A DNA stretch of 32,000 bases from Dickeya dadantii NCPPB 898 (GCF_000406145.1 NZ_CM001976.1:229548-261547), one strand, 5' to 3'; positions 11,992 to 23,743 are shown, numbered from the stretch's first letter. Numbers and translations: made by a program. The notes: generated by a model not told the origin, from the sequence alone.

Positions 11992-12019
11992 ACATGGGGG
12001 AGGGGTGGGGGGTTTTCAA
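11992..12019 (-). promoter_or_regulatory. Sigma32 (heat-shock) promoter of hslVU
   Basis: The minus strand reads TTGAAA-accccccacccct-CCCCCATGT. This matches the RpoH consensus TTGAAA-N13/14-CCCCATnT. The -35 hexamer overlaps the ftsN stop codon (12016-12018). Confidence 0.8.
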
Positions 12020-12948
12020 CCCCCGCTGGCTAATGGGATGCAGTTGGATTGCCCCATGCCTTTGAGTTTTTGTGCCATTTTGTCGGCCACGGTACGGCTG
12101 TTGTACGGCCCGAGCATAATCCGATGCCAGCCGCCGCTGCTGGCGATACGGCTTTCGACACCGGCAAACGCCAGCTCTGCCCTTACCGATTCGGCAGGCT
12201 CCGCCGTCTTGAACGAACCGCATTGCACCATCCAACGCTGTTCTTTCTCTGGTTTGGCGTTCTCCGTCTTGCTGTCGGTTTTGGCGGTTTCTTTGGCTGC
12301 CGTTTCCGTTTTGGCTGCTTCTTTGCGTGGCTCTGCCTGTACCGGTTTCTGCGCCGTCTGCGCCGGTGGCGTTGCTGCCTGCGTCGTATGATGCTGATTT
12401 GCCGCCGGAACGGTGGTCGTGGTACGCGGCGCCGGCGGTGGCGTCACCGTACTGGTGTTGGGCACGATCGGCACAACCGTCTGCGGCCTCGGCGCTGCCA
12501 AACTACGGGCCGGCATCTGGCTTTGATCGTTGTAAGGCACTTCCGTCAGCGTGGTCGGCTGGCGTTTCATGTCCGACTGCATCTGTTCCAGCAGTTGCCG
12601 CTGCTCGTTGGTAAGCTGGCCCGTCGACTGGATTTCTCCACCCGCCGAAGGTTCGGTCGGCGACGCGACGCCAATCTGCCGGTTTTCCAGTTCCTTGATA
12701 TAACGCCAGCGTTCTTCCGGTTTGGGCGGCAGCCCGTTGCCTTTGGTCCCCTGATGCGGCAGGACCGGCGACTCGTCCGGCTTATTGTGGGCGATAAAAT
12801 AGAGTCCGCCGGCAAACGTGACCAGCACGGCAACAGCCAGCGCTATCATGGTTTTGGAGGCGCCCGAGGACCCCCCTCGTTTTCGGCTGGATGTTTTTTT
12901 CCGGCGCGTTCCAGAACGCCCCCGGCTGACATAGTCTCGTTGTGCCAC
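12016..12948 (-). CDS. ftsN: Cell division protein FtsN (C-terminal SPOR domain)
   Basis: (M)[12 protein letters not shown]...TM helix...Pro/Thr/Gln-rich linker...[24 protein letters not shown] (SPOR). The start codon is GTG (12948-12946). Confidence 0.93.
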   Translation of the reverse strand: MAQRDYVSRGRSGTRRKKTSSRKRGGSSGASKTMIALAVAVLVTFAGGLYFIAHNKPDESPVLPHQGTKGNGLPPKPEERWRYIKELENRQIGVASPTEPSAGGEIQSTGQLTNEQRQLLEQMQSDMKRQPTTLTEVPYNDQSQMPARSLAAPRPQTVVPIVPNTSTVTPPPAPRTTTTVPAANQHHTTQAATPPAQTAQKPVQAEPRKEAAKTETAAKETAKTDSKTENAKPEKEQRWMVQCGSFKTAEPAESVRAELAFAGVESRIASSGGWHRIMLGPYNSRTVADKMAQKLKGMGQSNCIPLASGG

Positions 12949-12963
12949 AATCGTTTCGTTGCG

Positions 12964-12994
12964 AAAAAAATAAGTAACAGGTCGCCATGTTACT
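12964..12994 (-). terminator. Rho-independent terminator of cytR
   Basis: The minus strand reads agtaaca-tggcgacc-tgttact followed by tattttttt, immediately after the cytR stop and before the ftsN start. Confidence 0.7.
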
Positions 12995-12999
12995 GAACC

Positions 13000-14070
13000 C
13001 TAAAATATTTGACCAGCACCTGAATTCTTAAAGCCTGTAACACGCAGGGGTGGGGCGGCGGTGCTGTCGCGAATAATCAACTGGCTGGATATCAGCCGCG
13101 ACCCCCGCTGGACCTTGTGTTGCTGCAATTGAGCGAGCAGCAATAGCATGGCCTCGCGGCCGATATCGTAGCGCGGCTGGGAAACAGTGGTCAGTGCCGG
13201 AAAACAGTGGCTGGCCTGCGCGATATCATCGAATCCGACCAGCGACAGATCACGCGGCACGTCCAGCCCCATTTTGCGCGCCTGCGTCAGTGCGCCCAGC
13301 GCCATGACGTCGCAGTGGCAGAAAACCGCGGTGGGCGGCGTGGGATGCGACATCAACCGCATCAGGCCGCGGGAACCGGTGTCGTAACTGAAATCGCCGC
13401 GCACGATGTACTGGTTGTCGATCACCAGTCCGCAGCGGCGCAATGCCTGAATATAGCCCTGTAGCCGGTATTCGCTGATCGGAATCTGTTCCGGACCGGC
13501 GATGCAGGCGATGCGCCGGTGCCCCAGTTGATTGAGATAACTGACGGCCTCAAACGCCGCGGTCAGGTTATCGATATGCACGGTGGGCATATCCAGTTCA
13601 GGAGCGAACTCATTTGCCATCACCATCGGCGGCAGATGACGGCGTTCGTCCTTGCCGGCATCAAACGGCAACTGCGAACCCAGCAGCAGAATGCCGTCGA
13701 TCTGCCGGGTGGTGATCAGGTCCAGAAAGGTCTTTTCCGTTTTGCGCTGGTGAGCGCAATCGCCAATCAGCACCAGATAGCCGCGCTCCGCCGCCGTTTC
13801 CTCAATGCCGCGCAGCATTTCGGTGAAAAAGGGATCGCAGATATCGGGGACGAGCGCCAGAATCGTTCTTGATTCATGCCGCTTCAGGTTGCGGGCAAGA
13901 TTTTGTGCAGAGTATCCCACCGCCAGCGCGGCCTGTTCCACCTTTTGGCGGGTGGTGGCCGACACCTTCTCTGGATTGGTCAGGGCGCGGGACACCGTCG
14001 CGGTGGACACGCCAGCCTGGTCGGCAACGTCTTTCATCGTTGCGGGCGGGATGAATTTTTTCTGCTCCAA
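13000..14070 (-). CDS. cytR: LacI-family transcriptional repressor CytR
   Basis: 356 aa, ...TMKDVADQAGVSTATVSRALTNPEKVS... (HTH domain), colinear with E. coli CytR. The start is TTG at 14070-14068, 7 nt downstream of a strong AAGGAGG Shine-Dalgarno sequence. An alternative in-frame ATG lies at 14037. Confidence 0.92.
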   Translation of the reverse strand: MEQKKFIPPATMKDVADQAGVSTATVSRALTNPEKVSATTRQKVEQAALAVGYSAQNLARNLKRHESRTILALVPDICDPFFTEMLRGIEETAAERGYLVLIGDCAHQRKTEKTFLDLITTRQIDGILLLGSQLPFDAGKDERRHLPPMVMANEFAPELDMPTVHIDNLTAAFEAVSYLNQLGHRRIACIAGPEQIPISEYRLQGYIQALRRCGLVIDNQYIVRGDFSYDTGSRGLMRLMSHPTPPTAVFCHCDVMALGALTQARKMGLDVPRDLSLVGFDDIAQASHCFPALTTVSQPRYDIGREAMLLLLAQLQQHKVQRGSRLISSQLIIRDSTAAPPLRVTGFKNSGAGQIF

Positions 14071-14452
14071 CGCATTTCCTCCTTGCGTCAGCGTTTACTG
14101 GCGCTGTAGTCAAGGGGGCCGCTATCAAGGTCGGCCACCGTTTACAGGATGTCTGGTTTTACCATGCGCCGTTATGACACACGGGCATGACCTGGCGGTG
14201 CTGTCGTGAAGTATCGTACGGTTCAGGGGTTCAGCCCGGGCTTGCACCGTGCGGGCAGGGACGGTATCGGTTATCCCTATGCACAGGTATAGCACCGGGT
14301 GGCGGGTTGTCACCCGGCGTCTGGCGTCCGGTGTCGCGCCAACCGCCTGATCAGCATACTGCTTCCGCCATCACTCTTAACAGATTGCATTCAATATTTA
14401 TCGAATAATTTACGCAGGCGCCGTCTGAATTATCTGTTTCTCGGTGCGGTTC

Positions 14453-14497
14453 GCAAAAAAAGTCGCCGCTGCTGGCATCAGGTCGGCCGGCGGCTCA
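14453..14497 (-). terminator. Possible priA terminator
   Basis: A T7 run on the minus strand (A-run 14454-14460) is preceded by GC-rich sequence gccgccggccgacctgatgccagcagcggcgac. I can find only a weak GCCGC/GCGGC stem. Confidence 0.3.
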
Positions 14498-14505
14498 GAA
14501 TCGGC

Positions 14506-16740
<2,235 letters not shown>

Positions 16741-16844
16741 TCATGCATGAGGGTTTGTCTGCCGTCACGGTACTGTGAGCGGATGCGTTGTGCAATCTTG
16801 CGCGTCATCTTGTTTATCAGAGGCGACGTGTTCGTGCGGATCCA

Positions 16845-16873
16845 ATTGCATCAGGTGGTTAATTTCTGTATGA
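16845..16873 (+). promoter_or_regulatory. Candidate sigma70 promoter of rpmE, followed by a leader of about 100 nt
   Basis: TTGCAT (16845-16850), a 17-nt spacer, then TATGAT (16868-16873). A long conserved rpmE leader used for L31 autoregulation is described in E. coli. Confidence 0.4.
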
Positions 16874-16979
16874 TTCGCCGCCTTTATACCTTGTGGTGTA
16901 AAGAACATTTCACTCAACTTCGTGTGGTGTCTGGCGGAACAGGGCCGGATAGCGACACGGCCTTAAACAGAGGTTTCCC

Positions 16980-17195
16980 ATGAAAGAAGGTATTCACCCG
17001 AATTACGTTGAAATTACCGCTACTTGCTCTTGCGGTAACGTCATCAAAACCCGTTCCACCGCTGCTCATGACCTGAACCTGGACGTGTGTGGTGCTTGCC
17101 ACCCGTTCTTCACCGGCAAACAGCGTGTCGTTGACACCGGTGGTCGTGTTGAGCGTTTCAACAAACGCTTCAGCGTCCCGGGCACCAAAAAATAA
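16980..17195 (+). CDS. rpmE: 50S ribosomal protein L31 (zinc-binding type)
   Basis: 71 aa, [20 protein letters not shown]...[15 protein letters not shown], with the CxC...CxxC motif present. Confidence 0.97.
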   Translation: MKEGIHPNYVEITATCSCGNVIKTRSTAAHDLNLDVCGACHPFFTGKQRVVDTGGRVERFNKRFSVPGTKK

Positions 17196-17214
17196 TTGGT
17201 TTTTGCACCGGGGC

Positions 17215-17272
17215 GGAAAACCGGTTAAGCGGTTTTCCAGCCAAAACAAAGGCACCTGCGGGTGCCTTTGTT
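17215..17272. terminator. Two tandem hairpins between convergent rpmE and metJ; the second is a bidirectional terminator
   Basis: The first hairpin is ggaaaaccg-gttaag-cggttttcc (17215-17238). The second is caaaggcacc-tgcg-ggtgcctttg (17247-17270), flanked by aaaa on the left and ttgttt on the right. Confidence 0.8.
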
Positions 17273-17311
17273 GTTTCTGATATTTTTCCCCATCCGCTCC
17301 AAACGGGTGAT

Positions 17312-17629
17312 TCAGTATTCCCACGTATCCGGGTCGATCCCCATCTCACGCATAATTGCCTTGGCGGCATCGGGAATTTCGTCGCCGCGCTCTTTACGCA
17401 GGTCGTCATCATTCGGTAAGGGTTGGCCGGTAAAAGCGTGCAAAAACGCTTCACACAGTAACTCGCTATTGGTTGCGTGACGCAGGTTGTTGACCTGACG
17501 ACGGGTGCGCTCGTCGGTCAGTATCTTCAATACCTTCAACGGGATAGATACGGTTATCTTCTTAACCTGCTCGCTTTTCTTGCCGTGTTCAGCGTATGGG
17601 CTTACGTATTCGCCATTCCACTCAGCCAT
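17312..17629 (-). CDS. metJ: Methionine repressor MetJ
   Basis: [45 protein letters not shown]..., 105 aa. The ATG at 17629 is chosen by homology, and the track ORF carries 28 spurious extra codons. Confidence 0.96.
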   Translation of the reverse strand: MAEWNGEYVSPYAEHGKKSEQVKKITVSIPLKVLKILTDERTRRQVNNLRHATNSELLCEAFLHAFTGQPLPNDDDLRKERGDEIPDAAKAIMREMGIDPDTWEY

Positions 17630-17732
17630 GGGATACCTTAAATATTGATCGTGATGAAAACAGTCACTGGCACAAAACGCCATAATTCTAACGATTATTA
17701 TAGGGATGCTCAATCTATACGCAAAGAAGTTT

Positions 17733-17764
17733 AGAAGTCCAGATGTATTGACGTCTATACCGTC
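17733..17764. promoter_or_regulatory. Tandem MetJ boxes in the divergent metJ/metBL control region
   Basis: Four consecutive 8-mers, agaagtcc agatgtat tgacgtct ataccgtc, resemble the AGACGTCT consensus. Confidence 0.7.
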
Positions 17765-17817
17765 CGGGTTTACTCTTTAACCTCTTTACCTCAGTCTCCC
17801 AGTCAGGAAAAGCACCG

Positions 17818-18978
17818 ATGACGCGTAAACAGGCTACTATCGCAGTCCGCAGTGGGTTAAACAATGACGAGCAGTTCGGTTGCGTTGTTCCCCCGATTCA
17901 TCTCTCCAGCACCTATAACTTCACCGGTTTTAATGAACCCAGAGCGCATGACTATTCCCGGCGCGGCAACCCGACCCGTGATGTCGTTCAACGCGCGCTG
18001 GCGGAACTGGAGGGAGGCGCGGGTGCGGTCATGACCAGCAGCGGTATGTCGGCGATTCTGCTGGTTTGTACGGTGTTTTTGCGGCCTGGCGATCTGCTGG
18101 TGGCCCCGCACGATTGCTACGGCGGCAGTTATCGTTTGTTCGACAGCCTGAGCAAACGCGGCGCCTACCGGGTGAAATTCGTCGATCAGGGCAATGCGGC
18201 CGACCTGAAGGCGGCGCTGGCGGAAAAACCGAAGCTGGTGCTGGTGGAAAGCCCCAGCAATCCGCTGCTGCGCGTAGTGGATATCGCGGCCATCTGTCAG
18301 GCGGCGCGCGAAGCGGGCGCGGTGAGCGTGGTGGATAACACCTTCCTGAGTCCGGCGCTGCAAAATCCGCTGAAGCTGGGGGCGGATCTGGTGGTGCACT
18401 CTTGCACCAAATACCTCAATGGCCATTCGGACGTGGTCGCCGGCGCGGTTATCGCCCGCGACCCCGAGGTGGTGACGGAACTGGCCTGGTGGGCCAACAA
18501 TATTGGCGTGACCGGCGCGGCCTTTGACAGCTACCTGCTGCTGCGTGGTGTGCGCACGCTGTCGCCGCGTATGACGCTAGCGCAGAAGAATGCGCTACAA
18601 ATTGTGGAGTATTTGCGGCATCAGCCACTGGTGAAGGCGTTGTATCATCCTTCTTTGCCCGGGAATGCCGGTCATGAGATTGCCCGTCGGCAGCAGTCCG
18701 GCTTTGGTGCGATGCTGAGTTTTGAACTGGATGGCGATGAAGACATGCTGCGTCGTTTTCTGTCCACACTGGAATTGTTCACGCTGGCGGAATCGCTGGG
18801 TGGCGTCGAGAGCCTGATTTCTCACGCGGCTACCATGACCCACGCCGGCATGGCGCCGCAAGCGCGCGCCGCCGCCGGTATCTCGGAGACGTTATTGCGC
18901 ATTTCTGTCGGGATTGAAGACGGCGACGATCTGGTTGCCGATCTGGACAGAGCATTTCAGGCAGCAGCCAAGAGGTAA
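17818..18978 (+). CDS. metB: Cystathionine gamma-synthase
   Basis: 386 aa with the PLP-lysine motif HSCTKYLNGHSD, colinear with E. coli MetB. Confidence 0.97.
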   Translation: MTRKQATIAVRSGLNNDEQFGCVVPPIHLSSTYNFTGFNEPRAHDYSRRGNPTRDVVQRALAELEGGAGAVMTSSGMSAILLVCTVFLRPGDLLVAPHDCYGGSYRLFDSLSKRGAYRVKFVDQGNAADLKAALAEKPKLVLVESPSNPLLRVVDIAAICQAAREAGAVSVVDNTFLSPALQNPLKLGADLVVHSCTKYLNGHSDVVAGAVIARDPEVVTELAWWANNIGVTGAAFDSYLLLRGVRTLSPRMTLAQKNALQIVEYLRHQPLVKALYHPSLPGNAGHEIARRQQSGFGAMLSFELDGDEDMLRRFLSTLELFTLAESLGGVESLISHAATMTHAGMAPQARAAAGISETLLRISVGIEDGDDLVADLDRAFQAAAKR

Positions 18979-18980
18979 CA

Positions 18981-21416
18981 ATGAGTGCGTTAGGGATCGC
19001 AGCGGCCGTGAAGGGGCGGCAACTGCACAAATTCGGCGGCAGCAGCCTGGCTGATGTGAAATGTTATCAGCGCGTCGCCGGCATTATGGCGGATTACAGC
19101 CAGGCGGGCGATTTGATGGTGGTATCGGCGGCGGGTAGCACCACCAACCAGTTGATCAGCTGGTTGAATCTCAGCCAGTCCGACCGGATTTCCGCCCATC
19201 AGGTACAACAGTCGCTGCGCCGTTATCAAAGCGAGCTGATCTCCGGTTTGCTGCCGGCTGAAACGGCAGCTCCGCTTATCAATGAATTCATTCGCGATCT
19301 GGAGCGCCTCGCCGCGTTACTGGATGGCAAGCTCACCGATGCGGCCTATGCCGAAGTGGTCGGGCACGGCGAAATCTGGTCCGCCCGCCTGATGGCGGCG
19401 GTGCTGAATCAGAAAAACCTGCCTGCCGCCTGGCTGGATGCCCGTACCTTCCTGCGCGCCGAGCGTGCGGCGCAGCCGCAGGTCGATGAAGGCCGCTCCT
19501 GGCCGCTGTTGCAACAGCTGTTGACCCAGCATGCCGGGCAACGTCTGGTGATTACCGGTTTTATCAGCAGCAATGATGCAGGTGAAACCGTCCTGCTGGG
19601 CCGTAACGGTAGCGACTATTCCGCCACGCAGATTGGTGCGCTGGCTGGCGTTGAGCGCGTCACTATCTGGAGCGACGTGGCCGGCGTGTACAGCGCTGAC
19701 CCGCGCAAGGTCAAAGATGCCTGCCTGCTGCCGCTGCTGCGGCTGGATGAGGCCAGCGAACTGGCCCGTCTGGCGGCGCCGGTATTGCACGCCCGCACCC
19801 TGCAGCCGGTTTCCGGCAGCGATATCGACCTGCAATTGCGATGCAGTTATCAGCCTGAACAAGGGTCGACCCGCATTGAACGCGTGCTGGCCTCCGGCAC
19901 CGGCGCCAAGATTGTCACCAGTCACGATGACGTTTGCCTGATTGAGATTGGCGTACCGGCGGAGCACGATTTTGCCCGCACTCACAAAGACGTCGAGCAG
20001 TTGCTGCAAAAATCCCAGATCCGGCCGCTGGCGCTGGGTGTGCATCAGGATCGCAACCTGCTGCAACTGTGCTACACCTCGGAAGTGGTGCACAGCGCCT
20101 GGCAGGTGCTGGAGCAGGCGGCGTTGCCGGTATCGCTTCATCTGCGCGAGGGGCTTGCGCTGGTGGCGCTGGTGGGGGCGGGCGTTTGCCGCAACCCGCT
20201 GCACAGTCACCGTTTCTACCAGCAACTGCGTGACCAGCCGATCGAGTTCGTCTGGCAGGCGGAAGACGACATCAGCCTGGTAGCGGTGCTGCGTGTGGGG
20301 CCGACAGAGCATCTGGTGCGTGGCCTGCATCATTCGCTGTTCCGGGCGGAAAAACGCATCGGTCTGGTGCTATTCGGCAAAGGCAATATTGGCTCACGCT
20401 GGCTGGAGCTGTTCGCCCGCGAGCAGAGCCTGATTTCGGCGCGCACCGGCTTTGAGTTCACGCTGGCGGGCGTGGTGGACAGTTCCCGCAGCCTGCTGGA
20501 TTACGAGGGGCTGGATGCCAGCCGTGTGCTGGCTTTCTTTGGCGACGAAGCGCAGGAGCGTGACGACGATGAGCTATTCCTGTGGATGCGCGCTCATCCG
20601 TACGATGATCTGGTGGTGTTGGATGTCACCGCCAGCCAGTCGGTCGCCGATCTCTATCTGGATTTCGCCAGCCATGGTTTCCATGTGATCAGCGCCAACA
20701 AACTGGCGGGTGCATCCGGCGGCGACAACTATCGCCAGATCCGCGACGCGTTCGCTAAAACCGGGCGTCACTGGCTGTACAATGCCACCGTTGGCGCCGG
20801 GTTGCCGGTGAACTATGCGGTGCGGGACCTGCGTGAAAGCGGCGACAGCATTCTGGCTATCAGTGGTATCTTCTCCGGCACGCTGTCATGGCTGTTCCTG
20901 CAGTTTGACGGAACGGTGCCTTTTACCGAACTGGTGGATCAAGCCTGGCAGCAGGGATTGACCGAGCCGGATCCGCGCGTCGATCTTTCCGGTCAGGACG
21001 TGATGCGCAAGCTGGTTATTCTGGCACGCGAAGCGGGTTACGAGATTGAACCCAATCAGGTGCGGGTGGAGTCGTTGGTGCCTGCCGGATGCGAGAACGG
21101 TTCGGTGGATCAATTCTTTGAAGACGGCGAGCCGCTGAATCAGCAAATGCTGCAGCGACTGGAAGCCGCCAACGAGATGGGGCTGGTGCTGCGCTATGTC
21201 GCCCGCTTCGATGTCAACGGCAAGGCGCGCGTAGGCGTGGAAGCCGTGCGGGCGGATCATCCGCTGGCGGCGTTGTTGCCGTGCGATAACGTGTTCGCCA
21301 TCGAAAGTCGCTGGTATCGCGACAACCCGCTGGTGATTCGCGGCCCGGGAGCCGGCCGCGACGTGACGGCCGGGGCGATTCAATCGGATCTCAATCGGCT
21401 GGCGCAACTGCTGTAA
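18981..21416 (+). CDS. metL: Bifunctional aspartokinase II / homoserine dehydrogenase II
   Basis: 811 aa, starting 2 nt after the metB stop. It has an N-terminal aspartokinase domain (KFGGSSLAD) and a C-terminal homoserine dehydrogenase domain. Confidence 0.97.
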   Translation: MSALGIAAAVKGRQLHKFGGSSLADVKCYQRVAGIMADYSQAGDLMVVSAAGSTTNQLISWLNLSQSDRISAHQVQQSLRRYQSELISGLLPAETAAPLINEFIRDLERLAALLDGKLTDAAYAEVVGHGEIWSARLMAAVLNQKNLPAAWLDARTFLRAERAAQPQVDEGRSWPLLQQLLTQHAGQRLVITGFISSNDAGETVLLGRNGSDYSATQIGALAGVERVTIWSDVAGVYSADPRKVKDACLLPLLRLDEASELARLAAPVLHARTLQPVSGSDIDLQLRCSYQPEQGSTRIERVLASGTGAKIVTSHDDVCLIEIGVPAEHDFARTHKDVEQLLQKSQIRPLALGVHQDRNLLQLCYTSEVVHSAWQVLEQAALPVSLHLREGLALVALVGAGVCRNPLHSHRFYQQLRDQPIEFVWQAEDDISLVAVLRVGPTEHLVRGLHHSLFRAEKRIGLVLFGKGNIGSRWLELFAREQSLISARTGFEFTLAGVVDSSRSLLDYEGLDASRVLAFFGDEAQERDDDELFLWMRAHPYDDLVVLDVTASQSVADLYLDFASHGFHVISANKLAGASGGDNYRQIRDAFAKTGRHWLYNATVGAGLPVNYAVRDLRESGDSILAISGIFSGTLSWLFLQFDGTVPFTELVDQAWQQGLTEPDPRVDLSGQDVMRKLVILAREAGYEIEPNQVRVESLVPAGCENGSVDQFFEDGEPLNQQMLQRLEAANEMGLVLRYVARFDVNGKARVGVEAVRADHPLAALLPCDNVFAIESRWYRDNPLVIRGPGAGRDVTAGAIQSDLNRLAQLL

Positions 21417-21458
21417 TCGCAGCCAACTGAAATCAGAGAGCGTTAGTCATCTTGTTCT

Positions 21459-21486
21459 GAAGCCCGCGCAGCCGCGGGCTTTTTTA
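21459..21486 (+). terminator. Rho-independent terminator of metBL
   Basis: agcccgcg-cagc-cgcgggct followed by ttttt. Confidence 0.85.
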
Positions 21487-21686
21487 CGCCGTCGATTCAC
21501 TCAGTGGCGAGAGCCGCGTTTTTTGCCAATACTGAGGGTGTATTCCTTACATTTCATGTGTGTTTATTTGTGATGGAGCATGGTGGCCTGGCCGTCGGCT
21601 ACCATGAATTTTCTTCATCTTGCATGAGCAAACATCAGCATTTATCACGCTGAAAAGCGTTGACTCTTTAGGCTGATTCGGTCATT

Positions 21687-21726
21687 TTCTATATGGACGT
21701 CTAAACGTATAGACGTTTGTAGAAAA
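21687..21726 (+). promoter_or_regulatory. MetJ box array at the metF promoter
   Basis: ...ggacgtct aaacgtat agacgttt gtagaaaa lies downstream of a TTGACT -35 hexamer (21660-21665). Confidence 0.7.
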
Positions 21727-21749
21727 TAACGATGATAATGGCGAATTGA

Positions 21750-22655
<906 letters not shown>

Positions 22656-22680
22656 TTTCCTCGCCAACGACGATTGTGTC

Positions 22681-22714
22681 AAATGCCCGCCCGGAGATAT
22701 CCGGGCGGGCATTT
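22681..22714 (+). terminator. Strong hairpin after metF
   Basis: 15-bp perfect stem aaatgcccgcccgga / tccgggcgggcattt with loop gata. The T tract lies partly inside the stem. Confidence 0.7.
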
Positions 22715-22783
22715 GTGCTTAAGGCTTGGGTATGGACGGTGTGAGCAACGATATCCGGAGAGAAAAAAGCGGTATTCGAAGAT

Positions 22784-22809
22784 AAAAAAAGGGCGGGCCT
22801 AAGCCCGCC
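22784..22809 (-). terminator. Rho-independent terminator of the Prx-Grx gene
   Basis: The minus strand reads ggcgggc-ttag-gcccgcc followed by cttttttt. Confidence 0.8.
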
Positions 22810-22834
22810 AAAGTTTCGTTGGCTTTATAAAAAT

Positions 22835-23566
22835 TTATGTGGTCAGGACTGTTTCGAGTTCTTCGCTGCCGCCGATATGACGGCCGCCCATGAATACCTG
22901 GGGAACGGTGCTACGCCCGGTCATGGCCCGCAGGCTCACCGTGGTGGCATCCTTACCCAGCATGATTTCTTCGTACTGAATACCGCGATCCTGCAGCAAC
23001 TGTTTGGCTTTGGCGCAAAACGGGCAGCCGGGTTTGGTAAACAGTGAAACAGACTCCTGAACCTTATAGTGGGGAGCAAGGTACTTCAGCATGGTGTCGG
23101 CGTCGGAAACTTCAAACGGGTCGCCCGGCTTGTTGGGTTCAACAAACATTTTCGCCACCACGCCGTGACGAACCAGCATGGAGTAGCGCCAGGAGCGGGG
23201 GCCGAAGCCCAGTTCCGCCTTTTCGACCAGCATGTTCATAGCGCGGGTGTATTCACCGTTGCCATCGGGAATAAACGTAATATTTTCTGCGTCTTGGTCG
23301 GCTTTCCAGGCATTCATCACAAAAGTATCATTCACGGATACGCATAAAACCGCATCCACGCCAAATTGCTTGAATACCGCAGCCAACTCGTTATAGCGTG
23401 GCAAATGACTGGAAGAGCAGGTTGGTGTAAAAGCCCCTGGCAGGGAAAAGACGACGACGGTCTTGTTGTTGAAGAGCTCCGCTGTCGTCACGTCAACCCA
23501 TTGATCCCCCTGACGGGTATGGAAAGTTACTGACGGAATTTTTTTGCCTTCTTGGCTTACAAACAT
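22835..23566 (-). CDS. Hybrid peroxiredoxin (Prx5-type) fused to a glutaredoxin domain
   Basis: 243 aa. The N-terminal half carries the Prx5 motif PGAFTPTCS, and the C-terminal half carries the glutaredoxin motif [11 protein letters not shown]...[14 protein letters not shown]. The architecture is the same as the Haemophilus influenzae PGdx family. Confidence 0.9.
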   Translation of the reverse strand: MFVSQEGKKIPSVTFHTRQGDQWVDVTTAELFNNKTVVVFSLPGAFTPTCSSSHLPRYNELAAVFKQFGVDAVLCVSVNDTFVMNAWKADQDAENITFIPDGNGEYTRAMNMLVEKAELGFGPRSWRYSMLVRHGVVAKMFVEPNKPGDPFEVSDADTMLKYLAPHYKVQESVSLFTKPGCPFCAKAKQLLQDRGIQYEEIMLGKDATTVSLRAMTGRSTVPQVFMGGRHIGGSEELETVLTT

Positions 23567-23661
23567 TTTTAAGTCCCTGGTGGTCGAAAAGTTCTGTTTG
23601 GTTGAATCCGTCAGTGGTCAGGACTCGATTTGTTAGGGACATTATTCATTATCAAATGTTG

Positions 23662-23707
23662 ATAGGACTAATCGTTCGTTGCTATCCTATCTATCGCTAG
23701 GGACTAT
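23662..23707. promoter_or_regulatory. Candidate OxyR operator shared by oxyR and the divergent Prx-Grx gene
   Basis: gATAGgactaatcgttcgttgCTATcctatCTATcgctagggaCTATc contains several ATAG/CTAT elements, two of them (23682 and 23704) 22 bp apart as in the OxyR consensus. The overall spacing is not a perfect fit. Confidence 0.4.
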
Positions 23708-23743
23708 CATTTTTAAGGGAATCATGTTTAGGGGAATCAGGGC

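Noticed and set aside
14125-14408. Small ORFs (62 aa on the minus strand, 73 aa on the + strand) in the priA-cytR spacer
   Set aside because: They have no Shine-Dalgarno sequence. Their translations are Arg/Pro/Gly/Cys-rich and implausible, and they overlap each other on opposite strands. I treated the region as non-coding and describe it in the findings.
21574-21654. 26-codon ORF (MEHGGLAVGYHEFSSSCMSKHQHLSR) in the metL-metF spacer
   Set aside because: It has no Shine-Dalgarno sequence, is very short, and overlaps the hairpin described in the findings. There is no support for it as a coding gene.
22839-23625. 12-bp direct repeat gtggtcaggact at 22839-22850 and 23614-23625, bracketing the Prx-Grx gene; possible insertion scar or target-site duplication
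   Set aside because: One copy lies inside the CDS 3' end, and the match does not extend beyond 12 bp. Roughly N^2/2/4^12, on the order of tens, of identical 12-mer pairs are expected by chance in 32 kb. No recombinase or other mobile-element signature is nearby.
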